64,000 nucleotides of DNA from Candidatus Hatepunaea meridiana (GTDB taxonomy: Bacteria; Electryoneota; AABM5-125-24; Hatepunaeales; Hatepunaeaceae): the NCBI GenBank assembly GCA_030765125.1, contig JAVCDD010000015.1, forward strand, positions 2,939 to 66,938, given 5' to 3'. The position numbers were made by a program, and so were the translations under genes. This document shows, piece after piece, positions 56,394 to 64,000 of this stretch (the first letter of the stretch is position 1; each line of letters starts with the position of its first letter). A model generated the notes under the pieces. That model saw nothing but the letters and a program-made list of their open reading frames with translations. It made no database searches and had not been told where the DNA came from.

Positions 56394-58052
56394 CTAAACC
56401 GTCAACTCGATTCTAAAGATACTCCCGCCATCAGGATTTGGTCTCATATTAAGACGTCCTCTGTTTGCCTTGACTGCACATTTTGCCTGATAGAGTCCAA
56501 GCCCAATTCCTGCTCTGAATCTATGCTCATCATCAGGGATGATATAGAAAGGTTTGAACACTCTTCGTCTGAATCGCTTTTGAATACCGATCCCATTGTC
56601 GATGACTTCGATTGTTATTCTGTCATCTTGATGATAGCCTTTAACAACGACATTTTTTCCCTCATCCTCGGATGAATATTTTACCGCATTGCCTATGAGA
56701 TTATCAAGCGCGGTTCTCATATTTCCAACATTCCACCTCCCGCTCCAACCGGATTCGGGTAGATCCACAGTGTATGTAAATCCCTTCGCTTCAACATTAG
56801 TACGCCATCTTTCAGCAGCTTGTCGAAGCTCAACGCATAGGTCGGCATCTTCCTTCAACGCGGTTTGCGACTGTCTTTTCATCACGGCAAGTGTTGTCCT
56901 CGTAGCTCTCTGCAGATTGTCGGATTCCACCTGAAGTTGTTCCATAATTTCCTCTTCCTGTTGTGGAGTGTCAAAGCGTTTATCTTTTATCGATTCGATC
57001 AATATCCCGATTCGGGAAACCGGCATCTTCATAATATAACCATAATGAGCCATCAGAACCCGCTGATGTTTGAAAGCACGGAAGTAGATAAAGACCAGAG
57101 ACGCCAAAACAATTACAATAATGCCGATGCCTGTTAGGTTGATCAAGAAAAACTTCTTAACGTAGTCTCGGGCTCTTATTACCCGATTGTAAAATTTCCG
57201 TTCTCCGAAAATAGTTATATGTCTGAGTTGAGGCGCCATGGTTATGTGAGTTTCACTACGTATGGATTCAAGATAAGGGTCATCAGGATTTGCCATTAAT
57301 TTATCTCCCCACCAATATATCGTGTCATTTTCAGACACAGATCCGAATCCGAAGTCATGATTTTTCCTGTTTTCCGGAAAAGAATATAAGCGAAAATGCA
57401 GCCAGTTGATTTGAACACTGTCCCATACAGCAGGTAGTCTCTCAATAAACCAGTCTGGATTAAAAACCATTCCCACCGCGGTATCACCGAATGTTATACC
57501 ATCCGACGAGGGAAACAGAAGTAATCCACCAAAAGAATCCGTTGGAGAATACAATTTCAACAACCTTCCATACCCTCCGAATTTCTCAGATATAACTTCT
57601 GAGAGCTTGCCATCGACCCACTTTTCGATATAGGGCATAAGAGAAGTATCCAACTCTTGATCAGTAAAATTTTCAATACCGATTTGACCGATTACACCTG
57701 AGCTGTCAAATAGAAATGTTGAGTAAATCTCAGCTCTTTCAGAGATACTGACTGCAAAGTCATAACTGCTTGGTAAAAAAGTATTTTCGCGAGAGTTCTT
57801 TATTACGAACCTTGCAAGTGGCTGATATAGACCTCGGTACGCGGTGATCAGACCTGAGCGAAAGAACAGCTTCTGACTGGTGTTCGATAGCCTCGCCAAA
57901 CCGGGACCTCCCTCAAGAATAAACAGTTTAATCCTCTCGTATCTATGGATCCCTTTCAACGGAAAACAGACCGTCCAAAGCAGCACAACGACTCCAATTG
58001 CAACTGCAATGATGCGCCAATTTAAGAATCTCCACCTCATTTCATCCTCCAA
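56394..58052 (-). CDS. sensor histidine kinase (non-canonical H-box)
   Basis: 552 aa with TM segments, HATPase_c N/G boxes LDNLIGNAVKYS, DNGIGI, GIGLGLYQAK. The H-region reads LMAHYGYIMKMPVSRI rather than H-E-L-R-T-P. Immediately upstream of the atypical regulator. Confidence 0.75.
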   Translation of the reverse strand: MEDEMRWRFLNWRIIAVAIGVVVLLWTVCFPLKGIHRYERIKLFILEGGPGLARLSNTSQKLFFRSGLITAYRGLYQPLARFVIKNSRENTFLPSSYDFAVSISERAEIYSTFLFDSSGVIGQIGIENFTDQELDTSLMPYIEKWVDGKLSEVISEKFGGYGRLLKLYSPTDSFGGLLLFPSSDGITFGDTAVGMVFNPDWFIERLPAVWDSVQINWLHFRLYSFPENRKNHDFGFGSVSENDTIYWWGDKLMANPDDPYLESIRSETHITMAPQLRHITIFGERKFYNRVIRARDYVKKFFLINLTGIGIIVIVLASLVFIYFRAFKHQRVLMAHYGYIMKMPVSRIGILIESIKDKRFDTPQQEEEIMEQLQVESDNLQRATRTTLAVMKRQSQTALKEDADLCVELRQAAERWRTNVEAKGFTYTVDLPESGWSGRWNVGNMRTALDNLIGNAVKYSSEDEGKNVVVKGYHQDDRITIEVIDNGIGIQKRFRRRVFKPFYIIPDDEHRFRAGIGLGLYQAKCAVKANRGRLNMRPNPDGGSIFRIELTV

Positions 58053-58559
58053 TCTTAAAGATTAATCAACAGGTAAGATAATTTCGCCTGGATATGCAAA
58101 CCAAGCGAATTAATGCTTATCTTTAAGATAAACTCGTCAGAGCGCCGAATTGTCACAAAGTTGTAACATTTCATCTCTGAGCGAGATTCAATACTTATAG
58201 GTTGAACAGGTTGCTTTTAAAGGCTGATTACAAGGTGGGCGCTTCTTTGGATTAGGATTGTATTACCGGTCTTCCTTACTGTTAGTGAAACAAGATTAAG
58301 ATAGGACAAGTTATCGATTAGAGAGTCGAACTGACGGGTGAGTTCAAGATGGCATTCGATGAAGGCACGATTGAAGAGAAGCGGCTGTTTCTACGGGCTT
58401 CATTCCGTTCCAGCTACCAACCGTTCCCACCAGAAGGAATGGACAGATAAAGCGACAACTTTTTTTCAGGACGGGACAATGCGGATTTATATTTTAAAAA
58501 GCGAGTTTTAATATTATTTCTCGAGAAAAGTATAAATATCTCTTGACTTCTTGTGATTA

Positions 58560-58582
58560 TTGTATATATTGAATATATACAA
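58560..58582. promoter_or_regulatory. perfect palindrome TTGTATATA-N5-TATATACAA overlapping the GntR gene 5' end (candidate autoregulatory operator)
   Basis: ttgtatatattgaatatatacaa, 12 bp upstream of the ATG at 58595; TTGACT at 58544. Confidence 0.45.
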
Positions 58583-58594
58583 TATGGACAAATA

Positions 58595-58975
58595 ATGCTG
58601 TTAAACCTTTCAGAACTATCATCGGAACCTTTGCATAGCCAGATTACCCGGCAACTGCGTGCAATGATTCTAGCTGGGCATCTCGAGTCCGGTGACACGC
58701 TTCCATCGATCCGCGCAATGGCTCAAGAGCAGCGCGTCAGCGTGATCACGGTGCAGACCGCCTATGATAACCTGCAGCGGGAGGGATTGATTCATTCAAT
58801 GCGCGTAAAGGGCAGCATCGTATCCGAACTGACCGCCGAACAGAGAAAAACAATTGCTGTGAACCGTTTAGTAGAGGATTTAGCTCCAGTTTTATCAAAC
58901 GCGCAGGCAGAGGGTTTGACGCGTCGGAAAGTTCTTAACACTATCACAAAGATACTGAAGGGAGATGTGGAATGA
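58595..58975 (+). CDS. GntR-family transcriptional regulator (YtrA-like short subfamily)
   Basis: 126 aa from the ATG at 58595 (track begins at an upstream GTG). Winged HTH LPSIRAMAQEQRVSVITVQTAYDNLQREGLI. First gene of an operon with ABC ATPase + permease. Confidence 0.75.
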   Translation: MLLNLSELSSEPLHSQITRQLRAMILAGHLESGDTLPSIRAMAQEQRVSVITVQTAYDNLQREGLIHSMRVKGSIVSELTAEQRKTIAVNRLVEDLAPVLSNAQAEGLTRRKVLNTITKILKGDVE

Positions 58976-59838
58976 GTTATTCTTTCTGTATTGACAATAT
59001 GACAAAATCTTTTGGCGATTTTGTACTGGGTCCGATTGATCTAACGCTTGAGAAAGGAGTATCACTCGGGCTAATTGGAGCCAATGGTGCGGGCAAGACG
59101 ACTCTGCTGAACTGCCTGTCGGGGTTGATTATACCTAACAGTGGAGATATTTCAATTTTGGATAGAAAGTTGAATCTGTTTGATAAAACCTGGAAAAGAC
59201 AAATCGGTTATATCACTGATGAACCCATATTCTATGAAAACTGGACAGGCGCCAAAAACCTACGCTTCCTTTCAAAGTACTTTCCTGAATGGTCGAAGGA
59301 ATTTGAAGATGAGCTAATCAAGCGTTTTAATTGCCCAGTCAACAAGAAAACCCGCGACCTCTCAAAAGGCGAGAGAGTGATGCTCGCAATTATCAGCGTA
59401 CTGGCGCGTAAACCGAAGCTGCTGTTGCTCGATGAGCCAACGGCGGGACTTGATCCCGTGAACAGATCCAGATTGCTGGAATTGTTATGGGATTTGCTAA
59501 AGGAAGGTGAACAGTCAATCTTCTATTCAACACATATCATATCAGATGTCGGCAATATAGCGGAAGAGCTGGTTTTTATCAATGAAGGCAAATTGACTCT
59601 CCGAACACCGAAAGACAGTTTGACAAACAAGTGGCGGAAGATGACATTCATACATCAGGATCCAGCACTGAATTTGTCATCAATTGTCGAATCCAGGATT
59701 GAAGGATTAAAACGATTAATTGTCAGTTCCGATTACAACGTTACGCTATCCGAGTTACGGGAAGCAAAAGCGGAAGAGATTGAGACAACCCGGATAGGGC
59801 TGGATGAAATTGTCGTGCATATTCTGAAGGAGGAGTAA
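58972..59838 (+). CDS. ABC transporter ATP-binding protein
   Basis: 288 aa with Walker A GANGAGKTT, signature LSKGERVM, Walker B LLLLDEPT; 4-nt overlap with the GntR gene. Confidence 0.85.
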   Translation: MSYSFCIDNMTKSFGDFVLGPIDLTLEKGVSLGLIGANGAGKTTLLNCLSGLIIPNSGDISILDRKLNLFDKTWKRQIGYITDEPIFYENWTGAKNLRFLSKYFPEWSKEFEDELIKRFNCPVNKKTRDLSKGERVMLAIISVLARKPKLLLLDEPTAGLDPVNRSRLLELLWDLLKEGEQSIFYSTHIISDVGNIAEELVFINEGKLTLRTPKDSLTNKWRKMTFIHQDPALNLSSIVESRIEGLKRLIVSSDYNVTLSELREAKAEEIETTRIGLDEIVVHILKEE

Positions 59839-59842
59839 ACTA

Positions 59843-60514
59843 ATGTGGCGCTTAATTGTTACTGAACTTAGTTATAAGTGGTCGCGGATTCTCGTGATGT
59901 TTGCTCTTATGTTATTTTTGATAAATTTCTTTAGTCAGATCATAACTTTTTTCGATCCTGATACTAAAAAGAGATTAGGCGCAGCCTTAGGCTTTGTATT
60001 TTTTTCTGAGTGCGCAACATTGCCTATTACGATTATGTTCTTTTCGGCGAAATCCAGAAAAAACAGGTTATCGGTTCATTCAATGCTAACGTTAAATCCC
60101 GTTGAATTAGGATTAGCGCGTATTGTACCATTACTCATAATCCATATAATTTTAACTGCGGTCTGGATGATCTCGACTCAATATCATAATATTGAGGAGC
60201 AGCAAAGAGTATTAACTTTGATAATAGCTATGAATGGACTGTGGATTTCATTGTTTCTGATAGTGAATATGTGGATGGAATATTGTAGAGAAAAGAAGGT
60301 TTTGAAGACTATATTCCTTACCGTACTAATCATTGCAGGTTTGAGTTTTATGCTGGAACTAAAGTTTGAGTACAAAGCAGTGTATTACCTCGTCAAATGG
60401 CTGTTCAAATCTGTGCTTGTTAACAAAAGCTATATAATTCACAGTCTGATTGCAGTTTCAGTCATGGGTTTCTATCTCCGGACATTTGCCAGGAGAAGAT
60501 CTTTTCTCAGTTAG
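59843..60514 (+). CDS. ABC-2-type integral membrane protein (putative permease partner)
   Basis: 223 aa, ~6 TM helices, follows the ABC ATPase gene by 4 nt. Confidence 0.55.
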   Translation: MWRLIVTELSYKWSRILVMFALMLFLINFFSQIITFFDPDTKKRLGAALGFVFFSECATLPITIMFFSAKSRKNRLSVHSMLTLNPVELGLARIVPLLIIHIILTAVWMISTQYHNIEEQQRVLTLIIAMNGLWISLFLIVNMWMEYCREKKVLKTIFLTVLIIAGLSFMLELKFEYKAVYYLVKWLFKSVLVNKSYIIHSLIAVSVMGFYLRTFARRRSFLS

Positions 60515-60545
60515 CAATTTTTAGAAAGATAAAAGGAGTTTTAAG

Positions 60546-63500
60546 ATGTCGCATCGATTAGTTTCCAAACGGATCCTCAGTGCAATCCTGCTCTGTATGT
60601 CGATCCTTTTGATTTGCAATTCCGCTCAGGCGGTCATAAAAACAGACGTTAAAGATGGTCTGCGATTTGATCCCCCGATCACTACAGACCTCCTGGGCGC
60701 CGAGACGGGTCATTTGAGGTCGGGCAGCAGCTTTGCCCGAATCAATGAATGGGAATGCCTGCTATTCCAGGAAACCAAGGGGATATCCCGTGCTTTTGGC
60801 GCGCCCATTCCCCTTGTAAATGACCGGAAGAATGATAAGGCAGTCTCGGATTCTGGGATATTGTTTGCAAAGACTTGGGCTGAGGAGTTCAATTTTCATG
60901 GCTGCGACTTTACGGTCAGCTCAGTGAAACATACCTGGAAATGGACGATAGTCACTATTAAACCAGAGATTAAAGGCATACCGGTTTACGATGCAAATAT
61001 TGTCTTGAGCGTCAACCATAAAGGTCAACTGGCTAGCCTGAAGGCGCAGGGGTTTGGCTCTGATGTCAACGGCGCTTTCGTATTGACCGGAACCAATGCT
61101 GTTAACATTGCTAAGCGCGAGATCGGAAAAACAGACAGTAGGGCTGATGCAGAGCCTATCTACATGCCGTTTGTTGACAATGACGACAAGATCAAGCTCA
61201 AAGCCGCCTACCGGATCGTTATGACTACTTCAAACCCAGCCCTTCAACCGACTCTGTTTATCGATGCGTCAAACGGTAAAATCTTCGCCGCCGAAAACCG
61301 AGTGTACTTTGATGCAATGCAGGGACAAACTCAGGGGTATCACTTTCCTTTGTACCACTCAGACGATCCAGAGTTGATAGAATTTCCAAACGAATGGCTG
61401 GAAGTCAGAGGGGTTGATGAGCTTTACAGCGGGGATGACGGCGCTTTTGAGATTGAGGTCGATCCCGATGAAGCGCCTTTTGAAATAAATACAACTCTAA
61501 CTGGACGCTGGGTTGAAGCAGTTCGTTATCCGAATGAGAATTCAACAGCCTATTCGTTTGAAACCGAAGAAATTGACGATGTTGAAATAACATGGGATGA
61601 CGACAACTCTTTCCATGATGAAAGAAACCTCTACTGGCATGTTAATTTTATTCATAGTTACTGGACAACATTAGAGGAGGATTTTGACGCGCTTGATTAC
61701 CCGATGATCGCCGGCTGCAATCTTGGCGGCGAGGGTTTTGAAGCGTATGAGGATAATGCATTCGCCTCTGAACTAGGGCTCTTTTTTGGGCGCGGCAACC
61801 AGTTGGATAATTTTGCATTGTACGCCGACGTTGTCTGGCACGAATATTCGCACATGGTTACCGCAGAAGTGTATGATGACTTCGGCGGCATGCTCGCTGG
61901 TGAAGCCGGCGCGATGAATGAGGCATGGTCGGATTACTTTCCCTGCTCGATATCTGATGAACCGTTGATAGGTGAAGGCGGATTGATGAGAGAATACGCC
62001 GACTATATGCGGAACCTCGACAATGATCTGATTTACCCCGATAGTATTACGGGTGAAGTCCATGACGACGGCAGGATTATCGGCGCCGCGATGTGGCATA
62101 CGCGTGAGGTTTTCGGCGCGGATTACAGCGATTCTCTGTTTCATTTCTCCAAATATCTTCGTGCTCGCAGATTTAAATCATACTTCCAGGATGTCCTTCT
62201 AACTGACGATGACGATGGCGATCTCACTAATGGAGCGCCGAATTATCGAGGAATATTCGAGCAGTTCAAACGGCACGGCATAGATCTTGGCGATTACCCG
62301 CACTTCAATTTCCGCAGGCTCGAGATTGCAGATGACAATCATAACGGCGCGGACGGCAATAGCAACGGTCTATGGGAACCGGACGAGACGATCAGAATCG
62401 ATCTGGAATTCTTCCGTAGCGGTTGTATGGAGTTTCCGGCTGAAGAGGATGTGGTGGTGAGTGTAACCTGCGACAATCAGTATGTAGAATTGAATGAACA
62501 ATCTCGCAATCTGGGCGAGGTTCAAGTCGGTGATGTCGTCAACCTTGACCAGCCGTTGCTGTTCACCATCAGCGAAGACGCTGAACTAAGCGATGCTGTC
62601 CTGCACATTACAATATCCAGCGATGACGATACTCTGCCCGGCGTCGATTCTCTCAATATTGTAATCGGATTTCCGAATCTGTTTATAGTTCGTGATGGTG
62701 AGGAAGAGCGTGATTACAGTGAATACTACCGCGAAGGTTTAGATGAGATCGGCGTCTTTTACGCCGAGCACGGCGTGTGTCTGTTTGAACAGACGTTGGC
62801 AGAACAGCTTGGCATGTTTGAAAGCGTCATCTGGTTTACCGGCGACGATCAGGAAGGCGTCCTGGACAGTGACGAACGGGACGCTCTGACGGAATATCTT
62901 AACGACGGCGGCAATCTCATTCTTACCGGACAGACAGCGGGAACCGCCGAAGGGGCGGAGCCGTTCTTCAACGAGATGCTGATGGCGCACAACGTGATCG
63001 ATTCGCTCCGGCAGCGTGAAGTGCAGGGAGTTGAAGGAGACATTATAGGCGACTCACTCTGGTGCCTGCTCATCGGGGGTGGAGGCGCGGCGAATCAGGA
63101 CCGACCCGGCGGAGTGCGGGCGATCATGCCTGCAGCAGAGTGTTTTTACTGGAATAGAATGGAGGAAACTCCCGGAGCGGGTGTTCGATATCAGAACGAC
63201 GAGACTGGCGCTAAAAGCGTTTACTTATCATTTGGACTAGAATCGGTAAACGACGCGAGTCGATCTAATTCAAGGGGTGAAGTTTTACAGAGGATTCTGA
63301 CGAGTTTTGAGTCTGATTGGTCGGCGGCGCCTGAATTAACCATACCACTGGTTTTCCAGATTGGCAACCCCTTTCCCAACCCATTCAACAGCTATGTAAA
63401 ATTACCGGTGAGCATCAGCCGGTCCGGACTGATAACAATAGCGCTGTACGATATTCGCGGCAGAGCAATCTTCACCTACAGCCAACGCCTGAACGCGGGA

Positions 63501-63608
63501 ACCTCGCAAATACCGATCAACGCGCTGAACTGGTCGGCGGGTAAATATATTCTCAAAGTCAACTCCGGAGAGGAAGTCTATTTTACTCCGGTGACTTTAG
63601 TGAGATAA
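60546..63608 (+). CDS. secreted thermolysin-like (M4/M36-type) zinc metalloprotease with T9SS C-terminal sorting domain
   Basis: 1020 aa with signal peptide, HExxH (VVWHEYSHMV), third-ligand motif GAMNEAWSDYF, and CTD IGNPFPNPFNSYVKLPVSISRSGLITIALYDIRGRAIF...VYFTPVTLVR. Confidence 0.75.
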   Translation: MSHRLVSKRILSAILLCMSILLICNSAQAVIKTDVKDGLRFDPPITTDLLGAETGHLRSGSSFARINEWECLLFQETKGISRAFGAPIPLVNDRKNDKAVSDSGILFAKTWAEEFNFHGCDFTVSSVKHTWKWTIVTIKPEIKGIPVYDANIVLSVNHKGQLASLKAQGFGSDVNGAFVLTGTNAVNIAKREIGKTDSRADAEPIYMPFVDNDDKIKLKAAYRIVMTTSNPALQPTLFIDASNGKIFAAENRVYFDAMQGQTQGYHFPLYHSDDPELIEFPNEWLEVRGVDELYSGDDGAFEIEVDPDEAPFEINTTLTGRWVEAVRYPNENSTAYSFETEEIDDVEITWDDDNSFHDERNLYWHVNFIHSYWTTLEEDFDALDYPMIAGCNLGGEGFEAYEDNAFASELGLFFGRGNQLDNFALYADVVWHEYSHMVTAEVYDDFGGMLAGEAGAMNEAWSDYFPCSISDEPLIGEGGLMREYADYMRNLDNDLIYPDSITGEVHDDGRIIGAAMWHTREVFGADYSDSLFHFSKYLRARRFKSYFQDVLLTDDDDGDLTNGAPNYRGIFEQFKRHGIDLGDYPHFNFRRLEIADDNHNGADGNSNGLWEPDETIRIDLEFFRSGCMEFPAEEDVVVSVTCDNQYVELNEQSRNLGEVQVGDVVNLDQPLLFTISEDAELSDAVLHITISSDDDTLPGVDSLNIVIGFPNLFIVRDGEEERDYSEYYREGLDEIGVFYAEHGVCLFEQTLAEQLGMFESVIWFTGDDQEGVLDSDERDALTEYLNDGGNLILTGQTAGTAEGAEPFFNEMLMAHNVIDSLRQREVQGVEGDIIGDSLWCLLIGGGGAANQDRPGGVRAIMPAAECFYWNRMEETPGAGVRYQNDETGAKSVYLSFGLESVNDASRSNSRGEVLQRILTSFESDWSAAPELTIPLVFQIGNPFPNPFNSYVKLPVSISRSGLITIALYDIRGRAIFTYSQRLNAGTSQIPINALNWSAGKYILKVNSGEEVYFTPVTLVR

Positions 63609-63840
63609 GGAAATTTTCCCTAAACGTAAGCGGCTCCATATTGTGTTACTCGCTTTTCTTCATTGAGGGCGTATCGAACTTAACGAGCCGCTTGCGCTGT
63701 CGGTTTGACCGTTGTTGAAGGCGTCCGTTCTGAAAAAATAACCCTGGAAACGACGAGACACAAGCCTCCGGTTGGGGCGATGCTGATATTGATGTTCGAT
63801 AGCCTCACCAAACCGGGACCTCCCTCAAGAATAAACAGTT

Positions 63841-64000
63841 CGGTTATGCCTTTAGCTCAGCAATGTATAAAATTAATAACACCGGAGTAGCGAAGCTTGC
63901 TGCGCGTCCACTTAATAATACCGGAGTAGAAAAGCTTTCTGCATTCTCGTACGGTGGCGCATGCGTATCTGCCTGCGAGCGCGCAGCAAGCTTCGCTACT
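63841..64000. mobile_element. MITE-E second copy (truncated by window end)
   Basis: cggttatgcctttagctcagcaatgtataaa...ccggagtagcgaagcttgctgcgcgtccactt, nearly identical to 36707..36891. Confidence 0.55.

Noticed and set aside
1-64000. CRISPR arrays, tRNA or rRNA genes
   Set aside because: All short direct repeats found are palindromic, MITE- or REP-like, and lack regularly spaced unique spacers. No tRNA T-loop/acceptor signatures or rRNA-like conserved stretches were recognised.

Overview
The window looks like a 64-kb stretch of chromosome from an uncultured FCB-group-like bacterium (Bacteroidota, Ignavibacteria or candidate-phylum type). That placement rests on six proteins ending in type IX secretion (T9SS) C-terminal sorting domains, a giant LVIVD-repeat protein and FadL/PorV-like outer-membrane proteins. 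Core genes are present: malate dehydrogenase, rplU-rpmA, queA, an SDR oxidoreductase, an LpxH-like phosphoesterase, PBP1A and a HAD hydrolase. Most of the window is accessory content:
(i) Toxin-antitoxin debris, including a truncated ParE/RelE toxin, two minimal nucleotidyltransferases, a YgiT zinc-ribbon protein and a retropepsin-like protease.
(ii) A tandem array of four modular T9SS cargo paralogs (17.8-25.2 kb), followed by a 1724-aa protein built from four LVIVD beta-propellers separated by choice-of-anchor-D Ig-like domains.
(iii) A secreted TPR/WD40/Ig-like/caspase (peptidase C14) protein. Immediately downstream lies a translationally coupled ABC-type AAA ATPase plus small TOPRIM-like (DUF4276/RloB-like) protein pair, an OLD/AbiL/PARIS-like split module. 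This pair is the best candidate for an undescribed defense system.
(iv) A MacA-ABC-FtsX efflux operon with duplicated permeases and a chimeric deletion remnant of a second operon copy.
(v) Two histidine-kinase/OmpR-type pairs, one with a receiver domain that cannot be phosphorylated (D->N, K->I).
(vi) A GntR (YtrA-type)-ABC operon with a perfect palindromic operator.
(vii) A T9SS-targeted M4/M36-like metalloprotease.
Intergenic DNA is saturated with several families of palindromic MITE/REP-like elements, one carrying a 9-bp target-site duplication and one carrying a nested insertion. Decayed gene fragments are also present: T9SS CTD remnants and a 49-bp HK-gene fragment. No rRNA, tRNA or CRISPR array was found.
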